Positions 1 through 11,731 are shown, counted from the whole stretch's first letter. The stretch: DNA of 63,799 nt, filler included, from Lama guanicoe (GCA_013239625.1; 79 parts of 72 records of this genome joined end to end with filler, not necessarily neighbours in it); one strand, 5' to 3'. The notes: a model not told the origin generated them from the letters alone. Numbers and translations are program-made.

Positions 1-214
1 TCCCCAAGAGTTTATAAAAGTAGAAATAAGGATTTTCTTTGGGACTTAGTCTAGCCAGGAAACACATAAGATGATTAGAATGGAGACTTGTAAATCACTT
101 TGATATTAAGTTGACATTCGTCAAGCACCAAAAGTGTGCTACATTCTTTTCTGGGATTTTTACAGAAATGAATTGTTCAATTTTCTCAACAAGCGAGTAA
201 GGAAGGTTTGATTG

Positions 215-335
215 TTGTCCCAGGTTTACAGTGTGGAAATTGAGGCACACAGAGGGTAAGTAAGTTGGCCAAAATCACAGAACCAGCAAGTGGCACAGCT
301 GGTATTTTAACCCCGGCTGTCTGGTTTTCAGGCTC
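215..335 (-). mobile_element. MIR SINE relic
   Basis: tttacag..ggaaattgaggcacacagagggtaagtaagttggccaaaatcacag..aagtggcacagctgg resembles the MIR core in antisense. Confidence 0.7.
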
Positions 336-995
336 CCAGAGATGGGCTTTGGGTGTTTAGATGTATCTGCATCACTGAATCTCTGTACCTCTGTGCATCA
401 GTTAGCGCAGAAAGGACAGGTAAAGGAGAGTTACACAGGTTCTCATAGTAGTGTCTCGGCCACTGTCCACGGAGAGTGCACCGTGATTGGCGTTAATTGT
501 TTTCTAGGCAGTATATCTGTTCTTATAACAGAAATTTAGTCCATTGAGTTAATCTAGAAACCCTTCCTGTTTTGCTTCTCTCCATGCTTGCCATGTGACT
601 GCCTGCCCGTGATTGGGAGGTGGATGAGAAAATGTACTCATGGTTGAACTCTGATATTTCAGTCTGCTTCATAGTTTCACATCTTCTGTTACATTAATAA
701 GTTAAGTTTCTGGTTTCCTTTCATCAGTGTGTCATGAGTTTGGTTAATGTGAAACCAGTCAATGGGAGCCCAGGGGTGATGACGGTATAATTTCTGAGCA
801 CGTGTGGCACTTCTACCCATGCAGACCTGGCTGGAGGATTTCCACCATCCGCACTCATTTCCCCCAACAGCAGGGTCCTCTCCCACCCCCGGATGTGAGG
901 CTGGGAGCTCTCTGAGTAAGCCAGTCAGCGGCCAAGTTCACCAATCAGAAAATGATGAAGTACCTGGAAATGGGTTTAATAGAAGAAAAGGGCTT

Positions 996-1095
996 NNNNN
1001 NNNNNNNNNNNNNNNNNNNNNNNNNNNNNNNNNNNNNNNTTAATTAATTAANNNNNNNNNNNNNNNNNNNNNNNNNNNNNNNNNNNNNNNNNNNN
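996..1095. other. Artificial scaffold-joining spacer N44-TTAATTAATTAA-N44 (first of ~78 copies; last core at 63651-63662)
   Basis: Identical 12-mer (1040-1051) flanked by 44 N on each side, recurring every ~0.3-1.4 kb; self-complementary, stops in all 6 frames; flanking sequences unrelated. Confidence 0.98.
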
Positions 1096-2279
1096 AGTGT
1101 TTTTCTACTGTCTCTGTGCCAGGGAATGCTTTGGGGGTTTGCAGAAAATCCCAGTGACAGAGGCTGCCTCCCCAATTACAGGGAAGTTATTTCTCGTACT
1201 TCCCCGTTCAGGGAACACCTGTGACTGAAGAGAGCTGCGTGGAGCTTTCTCTCGAGCTCCCCCACGCACTGACAATTTTTCCGGAATCCTGAGCGTGGTG
1301 AGGTTCCACCAACGGTCGGCAGAGCGTGGGTTCTAACGGAATGCATAAGCTCATCTCCCCTGAGTGTTTTTCTACTGTCTCTGTGCCAGGGAATGCTTTG
1401 GGGGTTTGCAGAAAATCCCAGTGACAGAGGCTGCCTCCCCAATTACAGGGAAGTTATTTCTCGGACTTCCCCGATCAGGGAACACCTGTGACTGAACAGA
1501 GCAGCGTGGAGCTTTCTCTCGAGCTCCCCCACGCACTGACAATTTTTCCGGAATCCTGAGCGTGGTGAGGTTCCACCAACGGTCGGCAGGGCGTGGGTTC
1601 TAACGGAATGCCTAANNNNNNNNNNNNNNNNNNNNNNNNNNNNNNNNNNNNNNNNNNNNNNNNNNNNNNNNNNNNNNNNNNNNNNNNNNNCCAGTGACAG
1701 GGGCTACCTCCCCAAGGTCAGGGAAGTTATTTCTCGGACTTCCCCGAACAGGGAACACCTGTGACTGAAGAGAGCTGCGTGGAGTTCTCTCTCATGCTCC
1801 GCCACGCACTGACAATGGTTCCGGAATTCTGAGCGTGGGCAGGTTCCACCAACGGTCGGCAGTGCGTGGGTTCTAACGGAATGCTTAAGCTCGTCTCCCC
1901 TGAGGGTTTTCCTAATGTCTCTGTGCCAGGGAATGNNNNNNNNNNNNNNNNNNNNNNNNNNNNNNNNNNNNNNNNNNNNNNNNNNNNNNNNNNNNNNNNN
2001 NNNNNNNNNNNNNNNNNNNNNNNNNNNNNNNNNNNNNNNNNNNNNNNNNNNNNNNNNNNACGCACTGACAATGGTTCCGGAATCCTGAGCGTGGGGAGGT
2101 TCCACCAACGGTCGGCAGTGCGTGGGTTCTAACGGAATGCCTAAGCTCGACTCCCCTGAAGGTTTTCCTACTCTCTCAGTGCAAGGGAATGCTAGGGGGG
2201 TTTGCAGGATAGCCCAGTGACAGAGGCTGACTCCCCAAGGTCAGGGAACTTATTTTTCGGACTTCCCCGAACAGGGAAC
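1096..2279 (-). repeat. 267-bp GC-rich satellite (family A) tandem array
   Basis: agtgtttttctactgtctctgtgccaggg recurs at 1096 and 1363 (period 267); same family in 7 other scaffolds. Confidence 0.95.
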
Positions 2280-2379
2280 NNNNNNNNNNNNNNNNNNNNN
2301 NNNNNNNNNNNNNNNNNNNNNNNTTAATTAATTAANNNNNNNNNNNNNNNNNNNNNNNNNNNNNNNNNNNNNNNNNNNN

Positions 2380-3310
2380 CTAGTGAAACACTCAGGGATT
2401 ACAATCTAAGGGATTCTATTAGAACCCAACCGATTCTGTCACCTGAAATTGCCAGCCCACACTCAGGATAACAGAAAACTTCTACATGTGTGTTCTGGTG
2501 GTGGGGATACAGAGTCCACGCGTTTTTCAAGAAGCTTAGGTATTCCCATGTTGTGGGNNNNNNNNNNNNNNNNNNNNNNNNNNNNNNNNNNNNNNNNNNN
2601 NNNNNNNNNNNNNNNNNNNNNNNNNNNNNNNNNNNNNNNNNNNNNNNNNNNNNNNNNNNNNNNNNNNNNNNNNNNNNNNNNNNNNNNNNNNNNNNNNNNC
2701 TGCTCTCAGGGAGGCTGCCCACTCTCAGGATAACTGTGCAAGTGTTCGTGTGTGTGCTGGAGTTGTGGAAACAGACTCCACGGTTCTTTATGGGGGCACA
2801 GGTGTTCCCAGGTTAGGGATGAAATTTAAACACCCCAACAAACCATAGAGAGGTCATCGCAAATACTAGGTTTCGGAGCCCAAACCGCACTTTACCCCGC
2901 ACTCCCGCCTAGGCATTCCATCAGGGAAGACAAGCAAAGGGATTCAATTAGAACCCAGGCGCTGCTGTCAGTTGGAGGAACTTCCCTGCACTCAGAATTC
3001 CAGAACACATTCTTAGGTGTGGGAGAGATGTGCAGCCCCACTCCACCCAGAAGAATGGAGGAAAAGTTGTTCCGTTTTGGGAGAAGTCCTCTAAGTACTT
3101 CCTCAATGGATCAGGTGGCACTCACTGCTACGTGGCCTCCAAGCCCAACTCCCAGCTATCCCTCATGGCCTGGCCTAAAGGAACACTCAGGGAACAGAAG
3201 CTAAGGGATACTAATATAATCTAGGTGCTGCTGTCAGTTTGAGGAACTGCCCCACACTCACAATACCAGAACACATCTTCGAGTGTGTGCTGGATGTAGG
3301 GAAACAGTCA
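2380..3310 (+). repeat. Diverged ~266-bp satellite (family A-related, 'D'), heterogeneous monomers
   Basis: Landmark ggatt/ac..a..a..c..gg..ctg.tgtca recurs at 2411, 2940, 3206; shares motifs with family A (tcaggg.agac, ttagaaccca, actccacg, cacaggtgttccc). Confidence 0.8.
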
Positions 3311-3410
3311 NNNNNNNNNNNNNNNNNNNNNNNNNNNNNNNNNNNNNNNNNNNNTTAATTAATTAANNNNNNNNNNNNNNNNNNNNNNNNNNNNNNNNNN
3401 NNNNNNNNNN

Positions 3411-3818
3411 TCTGTTTCTGTTTTGAATTTATGTTCATTTATCTTTTTCTTTCTTCCTTTCTTTCTTTCTTTTTTTTTGGTTTCCCATCTCATGGTATGA
3501 GTGATCTCATATGGTATTTTTCTTTTTCTTTCTGGCTTACTTCACTTAGAATGACATTCTCCAGGAACATCCATGTTGCTGCAAATGGTGTTATGTGGTC
3601 ATTTTTTATGGCTGAGTAGTATTCCATTGTATAAATATACCACATCTTCTTTATCCAGTCATCTGTCGATGGACATTTAGGCTGCTTCCATGTCTTGGCT
3701 ATTGTAACTAGTGCTGCTATGAACACTAGGGTGCAGGTGTCTTTTTGAATTAGGGTCTGGATATATGCCCAGGAGCGGGATTATTGGGTCATATGGTAAG
3801 TCTATTCCTAGTCTTTTA
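3411..3818 (-). mobile_element. LINE-1 ORF2 C-terminus and 3' UTR
   Basis: Translates [20 protein letters not shown] and MFIAALVTIAKTWKQPKCPSTDDWIKKMWYIYTMEYYSAIK. Confidence 0.95.
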
Positions 3819-4104
3819 AAGGCTTGATCTCCAGAATATATAAGCAGCTCACACAACTTAATAAGAAAAAAACAAACAACCCAATCCAAAAATGGACAGA
3901 AGACCTAAACAAGCAATTCTCCAAGGAAGAAATACAAATGATCAATAGGCACATGAAAAATGCTCAGTATCACTAATACTCACACCAGTCGTCCATCATT
4001 CAAAAGTCCACAAATGACAAATGCTGGAGAGGATTTGGAGAAAAGGGAACCCTCCTACACTGCTGGTGGGAATGCAGTTTGGATCAGCCACGGTGGAAAA
4101 GAAA
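3819..4104 (+). mobile_element. LINE-1 ORF2 fragment, inverted relative to 3411-3818
   Basis: [39 protein letters not shown] region in the opposite orientation. Confidence 0.92.
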
Positions 4105-4204
4105 NNNNNNNNNNNNNNNNNNNNNNNNNNNNNNNNNNNNNNNNNNNNTTAATTAATTAANNNNNNNNNNNNNNNNNNNNNNNNNNNNNNNNNNNNNNNN
4201 NNNN

Positions 4205-4955
4205 TTTTTCTTTCTCTTTCTGGCTTACTTCACTTAGACTTATTTTCTACAGAAGCATCCTTGTTGCTGAAAATGGTGTTATGTTGTAGTTTTATATGGC
4301 TGACTAGTACTCCAATGTATAAATATACCACCTCTTCTTTTTCCAGTCAACTGTTGATGGACATTTAGGNNNNNNNNNNNNNNNNNNNNNNNNNNNNNNN
4401 NNNNNNNNNNNNNNNNNNNNNNNNNNNNNNNNNNNNNNNNNNNNNNNNNNNNNNNNNNNNNNNNNNNNNNNNNNNNNNNNNNNNNNNNNNNNNNNNNNNN
4501 NNNNNNNNNNNNNNNNNNNNNNNNNNNNNNNNNNNNNNNNNNNNNNNNNNNNNNNNNNNNNNNNNNNNNNNNNNNNNNNNNNNNNNNNNNNNNNNNNNNN
4601 NNNNNNNNNNNNNNNNNNNNNNNNNNNNNNNNNNNNNNNNNNNNNNNNNNNNNNNNNNNNNNNNNNNNNNNNNNNNNNNNNNNNNNNNNNNNNNNNNNNN
4701 NNNNNNNNNNNNNNNNNNNNNNNNNNNNNNNNNNNTATGACTTCCTTGGAGTATCAATTGTTTAGGTTTTCTGCCCATTTATGCATTGGGTTGTTTATTT
4801 TTTCTTATTCAGTTGGATGAGCTGCTTATATACTCTGAAGATCAAGCCTTTGTCGGTTTCAGATGCAAATTTTTATCACATTCCGTAGGTTGTCTTTTTA
4901 TTTCATTTCCGGTTTCTTTACTGTGCAGAAGCTTGTAAGTTTCATTATGTCTCAT
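4205..4955 (-). mobile_element. LINE-1 ORF2 3' fragment (gapped)
   Basis: Homologous to 3520-3680 and to the reverse complement of 3819-3940. Confidence 0.9.
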
Positions 4956-5941
4956 NNNNNNNNNNNNNNNNNNNNNNNNNNNNNNNNNNNNNNNNNNNNT
5001 TAATTAATTAANNNNNNNNNNNNNNNNNNNNNNNNNNNNNNNNNNNNNNNNNNNNGCTGGGCAAGCAGGGTCTGGGGTGGGGATAGAATTCCACCAGGGA
5101 GACTGTGAAGGGTTTGAAGTTGGGGTGATGTAATCAAATTTGTGTTTTGGGAAGGCTGCCTTGGCTCTGTGTGTGTGTGTGTGTGTGTTTAGCGGGGAAG
5201 AGGGGGAGGATGCCACCAACTGGGGGGTCATTAGAAGACCATTCACAGGCTGGGAGAGGGGCGTCGGGACTGCTTGAGGACTGCTTGAGGACGGCAGGGG
5301 CAGTCTGATTGCCGGATTTCCTTATGGGGAGGGCTTGTTAGCGTGGTCGCTCTAGCGGCACCTTGTGGCTGGAAGAAAACTGATGGAGGCCGCCAGGTGG
5401 AATTTCCTCTTCTCTCCTTCCCTGCCTTGTGTGCTGACCCTAGCTCAGCTAACTTTGGAACAGAAGAGCTAAGTTCCAGGGTAGCCCAGGGGTTAGTTGA
5501 GCTCAGGATTTAAGCTTGTGTTGAGATCTGCATGTTCACTTAGCAAGAAACATCCCGTCATTTCGATTTCCATAGGGGTTTTTATTCTTCATAAAGATTG
5601 CTTTATTGGTGAGAGGAAATTTAATACAGCTGTTGTCTTTCTCAAAATAAATCATATCTTTTAAGAACTTTAATATTCAAAAGAATAGGAATGTATAAAA
5701 ATGTTAAAGTAAGTCTTTGGTGTAGTTTCTTTGCTTTCTGAGCTAATGTGGATTTAGAGTATTTGCATTACTTAATAGCACATACTTGTCAATATTTAAA
5801 GAGCTGTTAGTGAGCGCCCCAGGCCCCACCTCTCAAAACATNNNNNNNNNNNNNNNNNNNNNNNNNNNNNNNNNNNNNNNNNNNNTTAATTAATTAANNN
5901 NNNNNNNNNNNNNNNNNNNNNNNNNNNNNNNNNNNNNNNNN

Positions 5942-6338
5942 AGACCAAGCAGCACTCGGAGAGTTGGAGAACTCAGGTTTATTATGCCACAGGGGCCAGA
6001 GGAGTTAACACTCGACTCTGGACCCCGGCTGAAGGTTTACACGGGCTTTTATAGGCTGCCAGTTTACTCTTTGCAACATCATATGCAAATAAGGTATAAC
6101 AAAAGTTGACTAATTAGAAACAAGCTTTGTAGAAATGGACCAATCAGGAGGGAGAGAAATAACCAATCAGAAGTGAACTCAGGGAACCAATAGAATTTTA
6201 GGGGTAAGTTCCACTTTCCTAGAAGCAAGGCACTTCAGATCAGAGGCAAGAGATAGAGCCTCTGGGCCAGGGAACCGGATAGTGCTGGCAGGAGAGTAGT
6301 GGCCCTGCCGGTCTTTTTTTATGGGGCTTCCCACCTCA
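5942..6338 (-). mobile_element. ERV LTR (U3-R), truncated by scaffold end
   Basis: Minus strand begins TGAGGTGGGAAG; CCAAT motifs at 6140/6163/6187, octamer ATGCAAAT 6083-6090, TATAAAA 6053-6047, AATAAA 5983-5978, in LTR order. Confidence 0.75.
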
Positions 6339-7631
6339 AAATCAGGTTCTCTGGAATGGGGCGGGGCATCCTTCCGCATTTTTAAAGCCCCTAGCGCAGC
6401 CAAGTTTGGAAACCGCTCATTCCTTCGCATGATTTTACCAGTCAGGCGACTTGAGAACCTGCATCACCAGCCCTGCACCCTCCTCCTTTCCTTATCCCAA
6501 ACTTCTTAGTGCTGGGGGGGGATCCTCTGTCACAGAACTGGTGGACATGTGACGTTCTGAACTCTTGTTGCTTCCCTTCCAGTTTCCTTATCATCGTTTC
6601 AAGCTCTTTCATGCCTTGTCTTTANNNNNNNNNNNNNNNNNNNNNNNNNNNNNNNNNNNNNNNNNNNNTTAATTAATTAANNNNNNNNNNNNNNNNNNNN
6701 NNNNNNNNNNNNNNNNNNNNNNNNAAGAGCAGTCATTCCACCGTATTTTACCATATATTCCAGACTATCAGTTAAAAGTAGGAACAACATGATGAGGTCA
6801 TACAAACCCTTTGTGAATCCCCAATCATTCATTACATTCCTGGACCCCTGGGGCAGAGGTTCTTCCAGAAGGTGGTCCCATCTCTCCTCCCCACCCCACT
6901 CTTGGCCTTTGCTACACACTGTTGGTCATTAGCTAAGCATCCTCATGTACCTGCATGTGTCTGAGCTGTGAGGGAACAGAACCCAGCTGTTTACAAACTG
7001 TACTGACTTTGACCAGTCTGAACAGTCTCTCTCTTTCCCTGCCCGCACCCCCACAGGGCAACAGGGGGCTCACAACCACAGCGATTCCCATGCCAGCCCA
7101 TCAGGGAGACTTCTTCGCTAGAAATATTCTTACAACCAGAGCTGTTTCCTCCCTTACTTCACTGCCAGTTTCACTCCCAGGTTACAGTCCCCAATAAAAG
7201 GCTATCCCAGTTTGAATTCCTTAATCAAGTCATATTTACGCTAAGGCCCTGGCACTTTCCCATGAGCACTCATAGAAACAGAACAGGGCCTGGCAGTGGC
7301 TGTGGGCCAGGTTCCTGGGTGAGGGGACTTGCTGGGCCCTTCAGGTTCTGTAGTCTGGCCAAAGCTGAGCTCCCAGCACGGCGTCTTCCCATCTGCATGA
7401 TTTGGGGCAAGGCTTCAACACTTCAGAGATTCATTTTATCCCTGCTTCATATTNNNNNNNNNNNNNNNNNNNNNNNNNNNNNNNNNNNNNNNNNNNNTTA
7501 ATTAATTAANNNNNNNNNNNNNNNNNNNNNNNNNNNNNNNNNNNNNNNNNNNNGTTCATTTCCCCATGGTGCAAACTGAATTTCAATCTCTGATTCTGCC
7601 TTGTTCCTCCCATCATTCCCAACTGGAGGTT

Positions 7632-7680
7632 TTTTTCCTTTTCCTTTTCCTTTTCCTTTTCCTTTTCCTTTTCCTTTTCC
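7632..7680. repeat. (TTTTCC)n microsatellite
   Basis: About 8 hexamer copies read directly. Confidence 0.95.
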
Positions 7681-8059
7681 TAGTGATCCTTTTCCTAGTG
7701 GCTTGGAGAAAAGAAGTGTTTTATATTTTCACAAAGATGGCCACATACCCTCCAGTCTCCCGTGTCCCAGCTACCACCTGGATCTTTGTTCTCCATGACC
7801 AGAAACCTAAATGTGGGCTCTTTCCTGAACCACGCCTCCCCTTGCCTTTCCTTAAAGTGCTGGACCGCTCCTGCCTGCCTGTGCCATCACAGTTGGGTTC
7901 TGCATTTGGATCATTTCCCACATCACTGCGTTGCCCCAGAGAATCCTATCAGGCCTTCACTACTTTCCCATGCTTCCCTGACCCATCCTCTGAAACAGTT
8001 TAGGTTCCCAGCAGAATTCAGAGGGCAGAGAGATTTCTCGTATACCTCCTACCTTCACA

Positions 8060-8527
8060 AAAACTTAGCTCCCTCCATGATCAGCATCCCCCACCAGAGG
8101 GTGGATCTTACATCAGTAATACTGTCATTCCCTCAGAGCCTGCAGTTTACATTACCGTTCATGTTTGGTGTGCATTCTGTGGGTTTGGACAAATGTATAC
8201 TTGCATGTATCCATCATTATACTGTCATTTAGAGTACTTTCACTGTCCTCACAAATCCTGTGCTCCACCTATTCATCCTTTCCCAATCAACCCCACATCA
8301 CCACTGATCTTTTCACTATCTCCATAGTTCTGCCTTTTCCAAAATGACATATAATAAAATCATTCAAATGGAAGCCTTTCAGATTTGTTTCTTTCACTCA
8401 GTAATGTGCACTAATATTTTCTCTATGTCCTTCCATAGCTTGATAGCTCTTTTTTAAGTGCTGAGTAATATTCCATCGCCTGAATGTACTAAATTTTATC
8501 CGTTCTCTTACTGAAGGACATCTTGTT
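8060..8527 (-). mobile_element. Ancient L1 (L1MC-like) 3' end
   Basis: cattctgtgggtttggacaaatgtata..tatccatcattata..ccactgatcttttcactatctccatagttctgccttttcca is typical of L1MC 3' UTR antisense. Confidence 0.75.
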
Positions 8528-8627
8528 NNNNNNNNNNNNNNNNNNNNNNNNNNNNNNNNNNNNNNNNNNNNTTAATTAATTAANNNNNNNNNNNNNNNNN
8601 NNNNNNNNNNNNNNNNNNNNNNNNNNN

Positions 8628-9240
8628 TTTTTTTAAAGGATGAGGTTTAATCCCATCTTTGTGCTTTTCCTGTTCTTTCTTGAGTTGATGCAAAGTTTCA
8701 TAATTTTGTGTATGGAAAATATTTGCTGTAATCTGTAATAGGTTAAAGTTCCTGAGGCTCATTTCATGACATAATATGTGGTTTATTCCTTAGATAACAT
8801 CCTGTGCACACTTGAGAAATTATTGTGTTCTCCTTTTCTGATGCAGTGTCCAATAGCTCAGTTAGACTCAAATGATCTAATATGCCATTATGAACTCTGT
8901 TTCCTTACAGATATTCTTTCTGTATGATATGGCCATCAGAATAGTGAGGTGTTCAAGCCATCTACTATTACTGATTTATAATGAATTAATTCCTTCATGT
9001 CTACTAATATTTCTTTTTATACTTAGGATCTACAGTGTTGGGTCCATATAGAATTTAATGAGTGTAATACTCTATTTTTATATTGATCTCTTTTTCTTTA
9101 TATAATTTCATATTTATCTTTCATTGTGGCCCTTATTTTAAAACATATTTTGTATGAGTTGAGCATTGCAAACTGCACTTTCTTGTCATTTCCATGAAAC
9201 ATCTTTTCCATGTATTTCCTGGCTGTGTTTAACTTCCACC
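8628..9240 (-). mobile_element. Degenerate L1 ORF2 endonuclease region
   Basis: Similar to 25813-26000 (gtgttgggt.catata..ttaatgagtgt..ata). Confidence 0.7.
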
Positions 9241-9258
9241 ATATACTGAGACTTATTG

Positions 9259-9623
9259 TGGGGGAGGCGAAGATGATGGATCAGAAGGATGCTCGTAGCT
9301 CAACCTTTCCCACAAATGCACCAAGACTCACATCCACAGACCCACTCAGCTAACTAGAGAACCTGCAAAACTCTGATAGAACAATGTCTTCTTCAAAAGA
9401 TTAAGATGCATAAAATCTGGTAGAAGAAAATGAAGAATGAAAGAAGAAAAGGCAAAACAGATTGGGACAGTTCCCACAGGGAGGGAGCAGCAAAGTACTG
9501 GCACTCATTCACTGGATCTCCCCTCTTCAACTGAGAGGTCAGCAGGATGGAGGGGGCGCCTCCAAGGACTGGAACTCTACAGAGTATAAGTTGACTGACA
9601 GTACTAAGTTAAACAGGCACAGA
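9259..9623 (+). mobile_element. L1 5' UTR start
   Basis: gggggaggcgaagatgatggatcagaaggatgctcgtagctcaacctttcccacaa resembles the artiodactyl L1 5' end. Confidence 0.6.
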
Positions 9624-10469
9624 NNNNNNNNNNNNNNNNNNNNNNNNNNNNNNNNNNNNNNNNNNNNTTAATTAATTAANNNNNNNNNNNNNNNNNNNNN
9701 NNNNNNNNNNNNNNNNNNNNNNNTTCCCTGTCTCAGTAGAATGATACAGATTTCATTAAAACTTCATACTACGCTAAAAAAAATGAATCCTTGTTACTGT
9801 AAACCATATTCAAATATAACATATATATACATATTGAATATGCATCAGAAATAAGCGACATTCTTCAGTATTCAGAGTTGATACTTCTAAAATATCTCTC
9901 ATTGTGACAGCACATTTTTATTAAGCACCTCTTGGGTTTTTTGTATACAAGGTGTATAACTCACAGTCAGACAATTTAAACGATATTACTCAAATTTCAC
10001 AAATGAGGAAATGTACTTAAGCCATGAAAACAACTTACATTTTCATCAAAAGGAAACAAAAGAGTAAAGATTTTACTTACAATATTCACTGAAAAACTTT
10101 CTTCCCTATTAAGGCTACATAAAACCTATTCAGTCTCTGAAAGTATTTCTGTCAATAAGGGCCACTAGAGAAAAACAAGTAACATCATTATCAGTGGTTG
10201 GACTTTCAAAGCCCACTTCTCTTTTGCACTGTAATTATTTTTAATGTTTTGTTTTTAGTGCTTACAGAGCACTAAAATAAAAAAAATTAACTTTTTAAAT
10301 AATTACCTGAGAATGCAACATTTGTGAAACTGTACAATTTTAATTTATGCCACTCTGTCTCACATTCTCAATGGTGTCTCTCTTTTGAAGGCCTCATCAG
10401 GCTGAGATCACTATAATCATTTATGGAGTCACAGGAGTTCGGGTAACCACTCAACGGGAGGCTGATTAG

Positions 10470-10634
10470 AGGAGCAATTAAGAATGCATCCTGTGCAGCC
10501 TGGATTCCAGCACCAAACTAGCCACCGCCAGCTGCGTCTGATTTTGGACAAGCTGCTCCATCTCACAATCCCTCAGCTGCAAAACAGGAGACACTGATAC
10601 CTACCCGCAAACACCTGCTATGAAGTAAAACGTG
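10470..10634 (+). mobile_element. MIR relic
   Basis: cagctgcgtctgattttggacaagctgctccatctc..cctcagctgcaaaacaggagacactgatacctacc. Confidence 0.65.
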
Positions 10635-10734
10635 NNNNNNNNNNNNNNNNNNNNNNNNNNNNNNNNNNNNNNNNNNNNTTAATTAATTAANNNNNNNNNN
10701 NNNNNNNNNNNNNNNNNNNNNNNNNNNNNNNNNN

Positions 10735-11731
10735 TGAGTTGGAGCTTGTACCTCCCCATATATATGTATGTAGTGGAGGTTGCTGCTGAATAGAAACTTT
10801 TGTTCCATTCAATCTAGTTGAAGGACGGCTTTCACACACACTTATCTCTCAGAAGTGAGCATGTGGAGAAATGTTCGTTTATCCAGCACAAAGTGAACGG
10901 GTTGCAGGTGAAACACATACTCTGGTTTCTCAGTCTGTTTCCTAGTGCCGGTGTGAATTTCCTGCCATTTTCAAAATAAAACCGAGTTGAAGCTTTGACC
11001 TCCCCATATATATGTATGTAGTGGAGGTCGCTGCTGAATAGAAACTTTTGTTCCATTCAAGCTAGTTGAAGGACGGCTTTCACACACACTTAACCGTCAG
11101 ATCTGAGCATGTTGAGAGACGTTCGTTCATGCAGCACAAAGGGAACGGGTTGCAGGAGAAACACTTACTCTGGGTTCTCATTCTCTTTCCTAGTGCCGGT
11201 GTGAATTTCCTGCCATTTTCAAAATAAAACCGAGTTGAAGCTTTGACCTCCCCATATATATGTATGGAGTGGAGTTTGCAACTGAAGAGAAACTTTGTGT
11301 TTCCATCAAGCTAGGTTAAGTGCGTGTTTCACANNNNNNNNNNNNNNNNNNNNNNNNNNNNNNNNNNNNNNNNNNNNNNNNNNNNNNNNNNNNNNNNNNN
11401 NNNNNNNNNNNNNNNNNNNNNNNNNNNNNNNNNNNNNNNNNNNNNNNNNNNNNNNNNNNNNNNNNNNNNNNNNNNNNNNNNNNNNNNNNNNNNNNNNNNN
11501 NNNNNNNNNNGCCATCTTCACTGTAAAACCGAGTTGGAACTTGTTCCTCCTCATATATATGTATGTATTGTGGTTTGCAATTGAAGAGAAACTTTGTGTT
11601 CCCAAAAACTTATGTGAAGTGCTGCTCCCACACACACTTAAATCTCATAACAGAGAATGTGGATAGTCGTTAGTTCATCTATCACAAAGGAAACGGGTTG
11701 CAGGGGAAACAATACTCTGGTTGCTAATTCC
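10735..11731 (+). repeat. ~248-bp satellite (family B)
   Basis: gagttg..gc...acctccccatatatatgtatg at 10736, 10984, 11232 (period 248). Confidence 0.95.

Noticed and set aside
1040..1051. Regularly recurring palindrome TTAATTAATTAA as a CRISPR-like or biological repeat
   Set aside because: Always flanked by 44 N on each side; an assembly linker
1176..2132. Recurrent ORF 'family' (..HAALFSHRCSL..) in several scaffolds
   Set aside because: Translations of the 267-bp satellite with variable stops
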